38,329 nt of DNA, from the UHGV virus genome UHGV-1488451. One strand, written 5' to 3'. Shown piece after piece: positions 13,561 to 23,489 of this stretch. The notes under the pieces were generated by a model that saw nothing but the letters and a program-made list of their open reading frames with translations, searched no databases and was not told the origin of the DNA. The first letter of the stretch is position 1; each line of letters starts with the position of its first letter. Position numbers and translations under genes: made by a program. This DNA comes from a virus.

Positions 13561-16500
13561 CTATGTGAGAACAGTGGGCGCGCCACCAACATGACGCTCA
13601 CCCTTGATCTTTTTCAGGTCTTTGGTGTTCACCTCGACCTTGCCCTCCACAGCCTCCACACGCTGCCGCAGGACTTCCTCACCATCCACGTTCACCACCA
13701 GGGTTAGCTGACCACCATCGCCCTTATCGGCGATTTGTTTCAGCACACCCCACTGGTCGTTAGTGAGAATCGCTTCCGGCTTGCCGGACAGGTTCACCGC
13801 CGCACCCTCATGAGGCAGCACACCGCCCTGGTCATACAGGCGTGTACCACCACGGGCACGCTGACCAGCCCAACCAGCGAGGTTCACCAACCCGTGTGCC
13901 GCGTCGATGTCCTCCATCAGGCTAGCCAAACCACCAAACCCATCATCACCACCATTAAAAGCGGCACCGAGTTCACCCCACGCGGCACCAGCATCAGCGG
14001 CCTTGTTGACAAGGAACTTGGCGCGCTCCTCACCAACAACACCAGCTGTTGCGCCGTACCCGTAGTCGCCACCGTTGAAGGCGGTCGTGAACTCCTCGGC
14101 CACGTTCGCGGCCAGGCTGTTGCGCACCATGCGGCCGAAATTACCGGTGGCGTTCACCAGTGTTTTCGCGTGCGTGTCGCCGATCAGCTGGCCGAGCCCG
14201 CCGAAGCCGTCATCACCGCCGTGGAACGCTGTTGTGAGTTCTTCACGTGCAGCATCCACGGGGTTGATCTGCGGCCCTGTTGGGTTAATGTCCTGCGGGT
14301 TTTCCGGTTTTGCGTCGGCAACTGCGGCTGCGGCACCATCAACCCCGGAAGCAGCGGTGTTAGAATCGCCTGCCTGTTTGGCCTGCTCTTCTTCCTTCTT
14401 CTTCTGGTCGCGGGTGAACCAATCCGGTACAGGCGCAAGCTTGTCCGGTGGGGTTGTGGCCAGCTTCTTGATCAGGCCGTTTCCGCCGCCGATGAACTCG
14501 AAGAACGCGTCTTGTGCAAGTGCGTCCGGGGACTTGTTGCCAAGGGTTTTCCAGAACACTTCGTTGGCGATGCCAGCGCCGTAGGCCCCGGCGTCTTGCC
14601 AGCGTTTTACTTCGTTCTGGGCGTTGACGATTCCTTGGTGTGCGGCTAGTGCCGCGACTACTGCGGGGTGGTCTTCTTCGAGGTGGGTTGCGTCTGCGCC
14701 GAGGTATTCGCCGGTGTTGATGACGTGCATGAGTGCGTCTGCGGCTTGTTTCCAGGCTGCGGGGCCTTTGTTGCCGAGTTCGACGAGGGCTGGGATTGCG
14801 TTTCGGAGGTCTCCGAAGTTGCGTTCCAGCATGTCCCACTGTTCAGCGGTTAGGACAGCCTCTGGCTTTCCTGTGTGGTTCCAGTAGGTGCCGAACCCTC
14901 CTGGGGTGGGTTTGAGCCAGCCGCCGGAATCGTAGCCATGTCCATGACCCCACATTGTGGTCAAATCAGTGCCGTACCTGCTCTTGTAGTAGCGGAGCGC
15001 GGCGTTCATATTGGCCCACGGGTCACGCCTATCGTTCGGCAATTCGGGGTCACGGTTGGCTGCGAATGTGCCGGGGATGATCTGCAGCAAGCCAACGCCC
15101 GCACTGTCGCCAGTTCCGTTGACGTCGACAATCTGCTGTGCAATACCCGGGTTGCCACCAGACTCAGACTGAATCTGGGCCAGCATGGCGTTGACCTGCG
15201 CCGGGTCATCAGCATTAAAGCCTTGACGACGCATCGCGGCCATTGCCATTTCGCGCCACGACTCGGCATTACCAGCCACACCAGCGGCACCGGAGAAGGT
15301 GCCCACCTTCGACTTGATAAAGTCCCAAGCCTTGTCAGCGAGGGTTTTAGCGATAGCTCCGGGGAGCTTGCCGAAGTCGCCGTGCTGCTCCTTGCCTGGG
15401 AAGTCGCCGATCTTATTGATCGCCGCGTCCCACAGGCCCTTGACCATTGCTCCGAGGTTGAAGCCGCCACCGCCACCAGCGCCACCTGAAATGAACTCCC
15501 CAAGGAACTCCTTCAAAGTGTAGGTGTGGTTGAACAGGCTGTTATCGGAGCCACGTGCCGCACCGCCGATCTGCACGCCGTGATCGCCCGCCGATTCCAA
15601 GTTAACCCCGTCGATAGTGCCCGCCATGTGGCCGTTCTCGCCGCCGCCTTTGCCGGACAGCACGCCAATGGTCACGCGGCCAGACAAGCCGGGGACGAAC
15701 CCGAAGTTACCAAAGTTACTTTCGGTGTTGAAGATACGTCCTGCGCGCAGCGAACCGCCGTTCAGGAACTGCGTAATGCCTGACCACAGGCCCGAGCAAT
15801 CCCAGCTGGGGTTGCCGGTGCCCCCATACTGATAGGGCTTGCCGTGCTCAGATTTGAGTTCATTGAACAAGGCCGCAATGCGCTCAGTCAGGTGATCGCG
15901 CTGATCAGTGCCGCCATTAGGGAACACGCCGCCCTTAGCGAACGCAAGGGCACGGTACACGCCGCCGCGCGCGAACGCGGCACCCTCACCCAGCATCTTC
16001 TTGACGCGGCTCACGCCACCACCAATGGCGGCTTTGTTCAGCGCATCAACAGCAGGCTTACCGCCCATAGCCTTAGTGACCTCTGGGCGCATGATCGCCT
16101 CACCGCCGGACAAGCCAAGCAGCCCGCCAGTGGGGCTGTAGAAATGGTGAATATCCTTACCAGGACTGTAACCAGGCAGGACACCACCGGTTGCGAAATG
16201 ATGCTCTGGGAGTTCACCAAGGCCAACCAGCTTGGCCACCGTGTTCCAGGCTTTCCTGATGCCACCGTTGTAGACCGTGTTGACCACGAACTCAACAGGT
16301 TTTTTCGTCTTGTCCTTGATGCCGTCCCAGATGCGGCCGATATTATCGACGGTCTGACTGAACCAGTCTTTGACTTTCGTCAACCCGTCTTTCAGCCCGT
16401 TGAACACCGGGTGCACCACATTATCAGCAACCCAGCGTATGCCGTTGCCGAGGGCTTCCCACGTTGGTTTGATGTAGCCGTTCCAGATGCTGGAGAAGAA

Positions 16501-19500
16501 GTCCCCCAACGCCTGCAAACCGGCCTGCATCAGGTTCCACGTTGGTGTAACAACCGTGTCGAACACCCACTTGATGCCAGCGCCAAGACCGTTCCACACA
16601 GCCTTGATGAACTCGACCATCGGGTTAAACACATTGTTGGCCAGCCATGTGATTCCCGCGATCATTAAATCCCAGGTGGGTTTGATGATCGTGTCCCACG
16701 CGAATCGAATGGCAAGGCTCAGGCCGTCCCACTCGAATTTGATGAAACCGAAAATCGGCATGAGGACGTTGTTCCACATGAAGTTTGCCGCGCCTTGCAG
16801 CAAATCCCACGCGGGTTTAATCACGTTGTCCCAACCAGCTTTGATGCCCCATGACAGGGCTTCCCAGGCCAGCAGCAGCGGTGTCAGCACGATCGTTCCG
16901 ATCAGCGCCAGGCCAAACTTCGCCGCGTACTCCAACGCGTCCCACGCCGGTTTGATCAGCGTGTTCCACGCCCAGGCGATGCCAGCGGAAATAGCATTCC
17001 ACGTGTCACCCAGGAACTGGATACCAACACGCACAGCATCAGCCAAGTAGTTGCCCACCCATTGGATGACCACACCAACCACACTGATTAGCGGGTTGAA
17101 ACCATTGGTGATAATCCACGACAAAATGTTCGTGGCCTGCGACAAAATCCACGCTAATCCCTCAACGGCTTTCACCGCCCCAAGGATTGCGCCCACCACC
17201 ACGCCACCAACAATGATACCGATGGTTTGCAGCACCGGCATCAGCACCGGTTCAAGCAGGTTCCACAGCTGCACAAGCAGATTCCACAAGCCTTGCAGCG
17301 CACCCCACACAGCACCCGTGATCGTCTGGCCAAGACTATTCAAAGTCGTGGCCAAGGTCGTGACAGTGTTCCACAGGCTCGTGAAAGTGCCACTCAGCGA
17401 ATCCACAATTATGCCGCGAATCCACTCCATTGCATTACCGACGGTGGTGAAAGCATCAGCAATCATCTGCGCTTTGTCCGCGCCGAAAAGGGCGGTCAGC
17501 CCGCCGATGCCAGCATCATCGCCCTGGAACGCGGCGAACAGCTCACCAATGGATGCCTTCACATTCTGGAACGCAACGCCCATGCGCTCAGCAAAATCAA
17601 CAATCGCCTGGGCTTTATCAGCCCCGAAGATCGCCATGAGGCCACCAAACCCGGCGTCGCCGCCGTTGAAAGCCTCAGTGATTTCACCCCACGCGGCTTT
17701 CAGGTTGCTGAACAGAGTGAACACCGGCTGTAGGGCTTGCCCCATGAAGCTGGTGAACTCGCCCCAAATCCGCTTGCCCGTCTCGGTCTTCGTGAAGAAC
17801 AAGACCAGGGCACCAACAACGGCGGCTATGCCAGCGACAATCAAGCCTATGGGGTTGATCAGCATGGCTGTGTTCAAGCCCATTTGTGCGGCCGTGGCCT
17901 GCAAAGTGCCCGCGCGCTGCGCCGCAAGCAGGGCAGGCAAAACTTTCATCTGCGCTGCAAACGAACTAATCGCAGACACCGCAAACAAACCAGCCTGCGC
18001 CGCCCGCAAAGCAGCCATGCCAGCAACAACACCACCAACAGCGCCGCCAATAACAACCAGCAAATCCTTATTGCGGCCCAGCCACTCAGCCACAGCAGGA
18101 AGCTGATTAGTCAACGCGCCAATGGAGTTCCCCAGACGATCACCCCACGCCGAAAGCGTAGGCTCAGCCAAGGCGTACAGCTGCAGCTGCAAATCATCAA
18201 TCGCGTTTCCGATACGGTCCATCACACCATTCAGGCCAGCGAGCTTAGCCCCCGCAGTTTCACCAGCGGAGCCTTGCCGGTCGAGAGAAGCACGCAGCTT
18301 ATCAAACCCCTCGACACCACTGTTCGCCGCAGTAGTCGCAAACGATACAGCCTCACGCCCAAACGCGGTTGCAGCAGCGGCGGTAAACGCACTCTCACCC
18401 ATGCGGTCCTGCGCGGCCGCCAGCTGCGCGGTGATTTCCCGCATACCCACGAACTTGCCTTGCGCATCGAACGCATTGACACCCATCTCAGCAAGCGCCT
18501 TAGCGCCTTCTTTTGACGGGTTAGTAAGCGACAGCAACGCCGAACGCATCGCCGTACCAGCCTCGGAACCCTTGATGCCAAGGTTGGCGAACAAGCCAAG
18601 ATACGTACTCGCATCCTGCAAAGACACACCCAGAGTGGAGGCAATAGGTGCCGTGTACTTGATGGAGTCGCCTAGCTCAGTCAAGCCTGTAGCACTGTTA
18701 TTAGCGGTGTTAGTCAACACGTCAGCAACAAGTGACGCATCCTTAGCCGCCAGGTGGAAACCATTCAACGCCGCGATCTGAATATCAGCAGCAGTGCCAG
18801 CATCAACCTGAGCAGCACCCGCAAGCTGAATGGAACCCTTTGCCGCGTCCATAGCATCAGACACCGACAAACCACCCTTAGCCAACGCCAGCATCGCATC
18901 AGTAGCAGATGCGGCACTAGTGCCAGCCAGGGTTTCATCGTTGCCAAGGTCGCGGGCACGCTGCGACACCATCTTCATAGTGTCCCCAGTCGAACCCGTC
19001 ACAGCCTGCAACGACCCCATCACCTGCGACAGCTCACGGCCTTTACCAATGGCATCACCAAAAAACGCGGCACCACCAGCAACACCAAGACCACCAGCAA
19101 TAACCCCACCAAGACGACCAACCGTCCCCACAAGGGAACTAATCTTCCCGCCCACACTATCCACATCACCAGAAAGGCTCAGCGCCCAAGCCTTCGACTT
19201 CTCAGCCGCGCCAGTGAACGTGAAACCAGTCTTCTTAACCTGGTCCCCAACATGCCCAGCAGCCTCAGCAGCCTTACGCTGCGACGCTGCGGCGTCCTCC
19301 ATTGTGGCCTTGTACAGTTTCTCCTTGGCGCTCACCTGGTCGTTGGCGTTCGCTAAATCAACCTTAGCTTTCTTAAGCTCCCCCTCCGACTTCACCAAAG
19401 CAAGTGACGCACGGTCAGACTGGCGTTTAGCAGTCTCTAGCTCACGCTCCGCGCGCTGAACCTCCTTCGAGTCAGCGTCATTAGCGTTACGCGCGTCCTG

Positions 19501-20076
19501 AAGTTTCTTCTCCGCAGCCGCGACTTTCTCATTAGCTGCGGCGACTTTATCCCGCTGCTCCCCCACAGCAAGATCAGCGGCCTTTACCTTCCCCGATGCC
19601 TCAGCTGCGGCAATACGAGCCTTCCCAAGGTTATCCTCAGTACGTGCCACCTGAGCCGCGGTTGCGACGCCGCCCTCACGAATAGCCTTAAGGTCAGTCT
19701 CACCACGTGCGACCTGGGCGGTAGCCTGATCAAGCTTGGCTTTGGCCACTGCCGCATCAGACTCCGCGCGCGCCACCTGCGACGCCGTGGCCGTGCTGCT
19801 GTTACGCGCCTGCTGCAGTCGCTCCTCAGCCACCGCAACATCCTGCGCCGCCTGCGCCTCAGCCTTACGGGCCGCAGCAACCACGCGGGTTTGCTTCTCG
19901 ACGCCCTCAGCCAGCGCGGCACCGGCGTTCTGGCCGGACTTCTCAAAGCTCTTCTCGATCAGGGCGCCAGCATCATCAGCAGCCTTCGACGCGCCCTTCA
20001 CCACCTCAGCGGCGAAACCACGCATCGAAGCATTAACCGGAACCCACACAGTAGACGCCACCGCGCCACACTCCAA
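13561..20076 (-). CDS. Tape measure protein with embedded NlpC/P60 peptidase and SLT lytic transglycosylase domains
   Basis: 2171 aa with coiled-coil Ala/Lys-rich N-terminal and TM-rich regions and W-x repeats (IKPAWD/IKPTWD). The NlpC/P60 motifs GKPYQYGGTGNPSWDCSGLW...GHMAG lie at about nt 15520-15870. The SLT motifs QSESGGNP...GVGLLQIIPGTF lie at about nt 14950-15200. There are also five AFNGGDDGFGGL-type repeats. The start may be GTG 20061. Confidence 0.93.
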   Translation of the reverse strand: MECGAVASTVWVPVNASMRGFAAEVVKGASKAADDAGALIEKSFEKSGQNAGAALAEGVEKQTRVVAAARKAEAQAAQDVAVAEERLQQARNSSTATASQVARAESDAAVAKAKLDQATAQVARGETDLKAIREGGVATAAQVARTEDNLGKARIAAAEASGKVKAADLAVGEQRDKVAAANEKVAAAEKKLQDARNANDADSKEVQRAERELETAKRQSDRASLALVKSEGELKKAKVDLANANDQVSAKEKLYKATMEDAAASQRKAAEAAGHVGDQVKKTGFTFTGAAEKSKAWALSLSGDVDSVGGKISSLVGTVGRLGGVIAGGLGVAGGAAFFGDAIGKGRELSQVMGSLQAVTGSTGDTMKMVSQRARDLGNDETLAGTSAASATDAMLALAKGGLSVSDAMDAAKGSIQLAGAAQVDAGTAADIQIAALNGFHLAAKDASLVADVLTNTANNSATGLTELGDSIKYTAPIASTLGVSLQDASTYLGLFANLGIKGSEAGTAMRSALLSLTNPSKEGAKALAEMGVNAFDAQGKFVGMREITAQLAAAQDRMGESAFTAAAATAFGREAVSFATTAANSGVEGFDKLRASLDRQGSAGETAGAKLAGLNGVMDRIGNAIDDLQLQLYALAEPTLSAWGDRLGNSIGALTNQLPAVAEWLGRNKDLLVVIGGAVGGVVAGMAALRAAQAGLFAVSAISSFAAQMKVLPALLAAQRAGTLQATAAQMGLNTAMLINPIGLIVAGIAAVVGALVLFFTKTETGKRIWGEFTSFMGQALQPVFTLFSNLKAAWGEITEAFNGGDAGFGGLMAIFGADKAQAIVDFAERMGVAFQNVKASIGELFAAFQGDDAGIGGLTALFGADKAQMIADAFTTVGNAMEWIRGIIVDSLSGTFTSLWNTVTTLATTLNSLGQTITGAVWGALQGLWNLLVQLWNLLEPVLMPVLQTIGIIVGGVVVGAILGAVKAVEGLAWILSQATNILSWIITNGFNPLISVVGVVIQWVGNYLADAVRVGIQFLGDTWNAISAGIAWAWNTLIKPAWDALEYAAKFGLALIGTIVLTPLLLAWEALSWGIKAGWDNVIKPAWDLLQGAANFMWNNVLMPIFGFIKFEWDGLSLAIRFAWDTIIKPTWDLMIAGITWLANNVFNPMVEFIKAVWNGLGAGIKWVFDTVVTPTWNLMQAGLQALGDFFSSIWNGYIKPTWEALGNGIRWVADNVVHPVFNGLKDGLTKVKDWFSQTVDNIGRIWDGIKDKTKKPVEFVVNTVYNGGIRKAWNTVAKLVGLGELPEHHFATGGVLPGYSPGKDIHHFYSPTGGLLGLSGGEAIMRPEVTKAMGGKPAVDALNKAAIGGGVSRVKKMLGEGAAFARGGVYRALAFAKGGVFPNGGTDQRDHLTERIAALFNELKSEHGKPYQYGGTGNPSWDCSGLWSGITQFLNGGSLRAGRIFNTESNFGNFGFVPGLSGRVTIGVLSGKGGGENGHMAGTIDGVNLESAGDHGVQIGGAARGSDNSLFNHTYTLKEFLGEFISGGAGGGGGFNLGAMVKGLWDAAINKIGDFPGKEQHGDFGKLPGAIAKTLADKAWDFIKSKVGTFSGAAGVAGNAESWREMAMAAMRRQGFNADDPAQVNAMLAQIQSESGGNPGIAQQIVDVNGTGDSAGVGLLQIIPGTFAANRDPELPNDRRDPWANMNAALRYYKSRYGTDLTTMWGHGHGYDSGGWLKPTPGGFGTYWNHTGKPEAVLTAEQWDMLERNFGDLRNAIPALVELGNKGPAAWKQAADALMHVINTGEYLGADATHLEEDHPAVVAALAAHQGIVNAQNEVKRWQDAGAYGAGIANEVFWKTLGNKSPDALAQDAFFEFIGGGNGLIKKLATTPPDKLAPVPDWFTRDQKKKEEEQAKQAGDSNTAASGVDGAAAAVADAKPENPQDINPTGPQINPVDAAREELTTAFHGGDDGFGGLGQLIGDTHAKTLVNATGNFGRMVRNSLAANVAEEFTTAFNGGDYGYGATAGVVGEERAKFLVNKAADAGAAWGELGAAFNGGDDGFGGLASLMEDIDAAHGLVNLAGWAGQRARGGTRLYDQGGVLPHEGAAVNLSGKPEAILTNDQWGVLKQIADKGDGGQLTLVVNVDGEEVLRQRVEAVEGKVEVNTKDLKKIKGERHVGGAPTVLT

Positions 20077-20502
20077 TCAGATTTCAAGACTCTTCAAATA
20101 CGCAAGTGCCTCCTCCTGGGTGTGATCACCCAGGGAACCAATGCGTGAAGAATTAGCGTTCTTAATCTCCGACCACGGATAGGCAGGTGTTTCTTCGGCC
20201 GGCATTTTTGCTTTGCTGTTTCCGTTCACGCGGGCCAGCAAAACCTGTGTTTCCCACGTCGCCCACAACAGCCGCCACAACAGGGAGTCGGTAATGCCGT
20301 AGGGCTTGCCGTCGGTTTGATGCCAACGCGCCGGGGAATCCTTAGGCAGGTTCTCAACAAGGACGCGGAGTTTCCGCAAGGTGATCTCACCCCGCCAGAA
20401 CTCCGCCATAACATCCCTGTGGTACGCCTGCTCTAGTGACGCTTCGAGGACTTCCGCGCCACCGCACGACGCTGCAAGCGATTCAACGGTGAAGATTTTC
20501 CC
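20077..20502 (-). CDS. Tail assembly chaperone extension (GT-like), reached by -1 frameshift from the upstream ORF
   Basis: The downstream ORF is in the -1 frame relative to the G-like ORF. That frame is open from the slippery site through 20077, which I checked codon by codon. Confidence 0.75.
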   Translation of the reverse strand, partial: GKIFTVESLAASCGGAEVLEASLEQAYHRDVMAEFWRGEITLRKLRVLVENLPKDSPARWHQTDGKPYGITDSLLWRLLWATWETQVLLARVNGNSKAKMPAEETPAYPWSEIKNANSSRIGSLGDHTQEEALAYLKSLEI

Positions 20503-20795
20503 TCACTGTTGACAGCCTCCATAGCTTTGCGATGCTCAGCGAACACCAAGCCCCACAGAGACGACGAGCCACCAGCCTCGAGGAACCGGTCGTACTCTTC
20601 CTCACCCATGAACCAGGCACACAAATCAGGCCCGTACTCTGGCAGGTCATTCAGCTCATCCAACTGGGCATCATTCAGGAACATCGGGTCAGCGAAAGTA
20701 AAGGTTTCACCCTTGAATGTGAAGGCGATACGGTCACCCTCAATGCCGGTGGCTTCCTTCCGCTGAGCGATCAAAGTATCCAAATCATAGGACAT
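20433..20795 (-). CDS. Tail assembly chaperone (G-like)
   Basis: 120 aa from ATG 20795 (SD ggaagggg), located between the major tail and tape measure genes and acidic. Confidence 0.8.
   Translation of the reverse strand: MSYDLDTLIAQRKEATGIEGDRIAFTFKGETFTFADPMFLNDAQLDELNDLPEYGPDLCAWFMGEEEYDRFLEAGGSSSLWGLVFAEHRKAMEAVNSEGKSSPLNRLQRRAVARKSSKRH
20496..20502 (-). promoter_or_regulatory. Programmed -1 frameshift slippery heptamer G GGA AAA
   Basis: The minus strand reads gggaaaa in X XXY YYZ register within the G-like ORF (gaG GGA AAA tct). It is analogous to the lambda G/GT site GGGAAAG. Confidence 0.7.
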
Positions 20796-20883
20796 GGCAG
20801 ACCCCTTCCAAAGTCTCACAAGCAGGCCAAACAACAAAAGGTTGGTGGGGGCGGGCCTGCCAAACACTCCCCCACCACCACCT

Positions 20884-20914
20884 AAAATGCTGGCCTTTGA
20901 TAACCCGGGGCCAG
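20884..20914 (-). terminator. Hairpin plus short T-run after the major tail gene (possible attenuator)
   Basis: The minus strand reads ctggcc-(13 nt)-ggccag cattttagg. A second hairpin, ggtggggg/cccccacc, lies at 20845-20876. Confidence 0.35.
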
Positions 20915-20947
20915 CAAGAAACCGGGGATTCGAACAACAATCAGACG

Positions 20948-21865
20948 CTAAGCATCAGCAATGACAAGCTGCAGTTTCTGCGTCGCAGTGCGCTTTTTAC
21001 CATCCTCCACCTTGAAGGTGATCTCAGTGGTACTAGCAGCCGTCGGGCTGCCCGTGATCTTGCCGTCCTTGTTCAGACTCAGGCCAGCGGGCAGGGCGGG
21101 CGTGCCGTCAACAGACCAGTTGTAGGGGGCCTCACCACCAAGTGCAGCAAGGGTGACGGAATACTCCTGGCCCTTCGTGCCAGCAGGCAGCTGCTGGGTC
21201 TGCACCTTAAGCGGCACAGCACCATCATCAGATGAAGACGTGGCGCCCTTAGCGCCGGAACCATCCCAGCCAGCGGAGAACAGCCACCGCGCGGTCTTGC
21301 CGGACAGCTGCTGATCTGCGTATTCCTTGCCAGCGGGGAAACCAGTCAGGGTGATTTCCAGGCCGATAGCGTCTTCACGCTTGAACGTCATGCCGGAGCG
21401 GCCGGTAACCTGAGCATCAAGCAGGGTGATGCGCATGGCCTTGTCGCCGTCAACGACGTCGAGCACGCACTGTTGGTGCTCAAACTCAGGCAGGTTGCCT
21501 TCATCGAAGTACCAGGAACCGTCGTCGTTGACCTTGATCTGACCACCGGGGACACCAAAGTACAGGCTCGCGTTGTCACGCGTGAACTGCCACAGAGTGA
21601 CCTTGATTGCCTTCACAGACTTCGTGATGTCACGACGAATAGGCAGGGCCTCCTGCCACGGAATGAACTCGTTAGTGTCCTCGTCGAAACTGATTTCCAC
21701 ACCATCCGGGCTGATGTAACCACGGTTCAGGTAGATGCTGGTGTCGTACTTTTCCTTGAAATCGGTCATGACTTTGGTGCCGATTGCTGCGGTTCGCAGC
21801 GCACCGGTGACACCGACGCGCAGGGCGGCGGCTTCGAATCCTTCGAGGGTTGCCTGTTCGGCCAT
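20948..21865 (-). CDS. Major tail protein with C-terminal Ig-like domain
   Basis: 305 aa from ATG 21865 (SD aggagg). The C-terminus reads LPAGTKGQEYSVTLAALGGEAPYNWSVDGTPALPAGLSLNKDGKITGSP, a putative Ig domain. Confidence 0.85.
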   Translation of the reverse strand: MAEQATLEGFEAAALRVGVTGALRTAAIGTKVMTDFKEKYDTSIYLNRGYISPDGVEISFDEDTNEFIPWQEALPIRRDITKSVKAIKVTLWQFTRDNASLYFGVPGGQIKVNDDGSWYFDEGNLPEFEHQQCVLDVVDGDKAMRITLLDAQVTGRSGMTFKREDAIGLEITLTGFPAGKEYADQQLSGKTARWLFSAGWDGSGAKGATSSSDDGAVPLKVQTQQLPAGTKGQEYSVTLAALGGEAPYNWSVDGTPALPAGLSLNKDGKITGSPTAASTTEITFKVEDGKKRTATQKLQLVIADA

Positions 21866-21932
21866 TTGTTTTCCTCCTGTTGCGGAATGCCCCACCCGGG
21901 TTTCGGATGGGGCGTAGATTTGCTTACTTTCT

Positions 21933-22337
21933 CTATGTGGGCACGTGAAGTGTCACTGTGACACCAAGGCGGCGTATGTGCGGGTTGTAGTCAGGCCGCG
22001 TCGAGAACCCGGGGCAATCAACATAAGTCACATTCGCCCCTGCATAGTTCGGGAGATTATGCATCAACTGCCTAATCAAAACCCCAGTGGGATGAGCCAA
22101 CGCCCGCGACGCCGCGAACACGTCAATGTCCAACACGACGAAATCCCGAACGGGCCCACGCCCACCCCACGCGACAACCTCCTCACCTGGGAGCAGGTCA
22201 ACCATCACATACGGCAACTGCTGGTCAAGCTCCCCAGGCGGGGGCATACGGTCAGCCACAGTCACATCAGGCAAGGTGGAGGAAAGCATCTCAATCACCA
22301 TGCGCAAAGTATCTGACCAGGCGCGATCATTCATCAA
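21933..22337 (-). CDS. Tail terminator / tail-completion protein (position-based)
   Basis: 134-aa ORF directly upstream of the major tail gene. Confidence 0.6.
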   Translation of the reverse strand: MMNDRAWSDTLRMVIEMLSSTLPDVTVADRMPPPGELDQQLPYVMVDLLPGEEVVAWGGRGPVRDFVVLDIDVFAASRALAHPTGVLIRQLMHNLPNYAGANVTYVDCPGFSTRPDYNPHIRRLGVTVTLHVPT

Positions 22338-22338
22338 C

Positions 22339-22629
22339 TTACTTCACCTCCCTTGCCGCACGCCGTAAGGCGCGTATGCGCTTCTTCTCCGACGTGCCGT
22401 ACTCTTCATCGCTTTCGGAAACCACGTCGTATGAGGCACGGCCGTTCGCGTGGTATCGACGCCGAACATCAATGACGGCTTCACCGCCTTCACGCAGGGT
22501 TATTTGCCTAGCGCGCGCCGCGATCTTCGCTGCCTGCTGCTCAGTGCCACCCACAACCTGATCTGTATCCATGACCTGCTTGAACAGGTCATCTAGGTCA
22601 AGCTCAACCCGGGTTGATTCCCTACCCAT
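22339..22629 (-). CDS. Head-tail joining protein (HK97 gp10-like position)
   Basis: 96-aa ORF in the neck module, with start/stop coupling to its neighbours. Confidence 0.55.
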   Translation of the reverse strand: MGRESTRVELDLDDLFKQVMDTDQVVGGTEQQAAKIAARARQITLREGGEAVIDVRRRYHANGRASYDVVSESDEEYGTSEKKRIRALRRAAREVK

Positions 22630-22978
22630 GAATCACCTTCAACCTGGCCTCCACATGATGCACCCGGCCAGTAAACGGGTCAGGCCATTTCATCGGAGTG
22701 CCGTCGACATCCAACACCAGTGAGCCACCAACCCGCACACGGTCACCCGCCCGCAGGTCAATATCAAACCCAATCTGGGTGTACAGCATGAACACCGTTG
22801 TCAGAGTGCCAGCACGGCCAGAATCCTCCGACGTGGAAACCGGCTGCACACTCACCAAATGCGGATACGCGATAACCTCCGGGTCGTCAAACGACGCGGT
22901 TCCACGCTTCGGGTTATAAGGGTCTCGCACCAACTTGGGGCGCAGAACCTCCACCGACTGATTGAAAATCAAGCTCAT
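22622..22978 (-). CDS. Head closure / head-tail adaptor protein
   Basis: 118 aa. The pattern VEVLRP...DPYN...VQP...DRV resembles the Phage_H_T_join family. Confidence 0.7.
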   Translation of the reverse strand: MSLIFNQSVEVLRPKLVRDPYNPKRGTASFDDPEVIAYPHLVSVQPVSTSEDSGRAGTLTTVFMLYTQIGFDIDLRAGDRVRVGGSLVLDVDGTPMKWPDPFTGRVHHVEARLKVIHG

Positions 22979-23478
22979 GGCAACGGCCCCAACTTATACA
23001 GGTCAACGATGCGCCACTCCGACGACTGCGGCGTCGCACCAGTCGCAGCACCAACACTGATACTGCCAACACTGATGTTCCCCGCAGGGCGCATGGACCT
23101 AGCTGCCATTTCCAACGCCACAGCTGCTAAATCAGGTGCCGCATCATGACCGTGCGTAATCGTCACGGCGACATTCCTGAACCCACATGGGAAACCCCCA
23201 CGCCGATGCAGCAGACCATCATCCGACCAGCCGATCTTATCGATGCCAATCTGTTCACCATTCACAGTGAGCGCCGTGACGTCGACGAGTCGTTTCGTTG
23301 GGAGAATCATGGTCTCATCCCCAGTGCCGTCTAAGCGCAGGGTTTCCGTTCGGCGTGGCCACACATGCCAGCCGCAGAGTTGCCGGATGGTGGCCACGGC
23401 CTTGTCGATCTGGTCTTGTGTGGGGCGTTCACCGCCAACAGCCGTGGCCATGCTTGGGATTAGACCGTGGTCATTCAC
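22975..23478 (-). CDS. Head-tail connector (gp6-like) protein
   Basis: 167 aa with a strong SD (aaggaggtg). It is the first neck gene after the capsid region. Confidence 0.65.
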   Translation of the reverse strand: MNDHGLIPSMATAVGGERPTQDQIDKAVATIRQLCGWHVWPRRTETLRLDGTGDETMILPTKRLVDVTALTVNGEQIGIDKIGWSDDGLLHRRGGFPCGFRNVAVTITHGHDAAPDLAAVALEMAARSMRPAGNISVGSISVGAATGATPQSSEWRIVDLYKLGPLP

Positions 23479-23489
23479 CCCACACCTCC

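Noticed and set aside
20915-20935. tRNA-like T-loop motif (gttcgaatcc on the minus strand) in the gap after the major tail gene
   Set aside because: There is no complementary T-stem, acceptor or anticodon arm around it. It is an isolated motif only.
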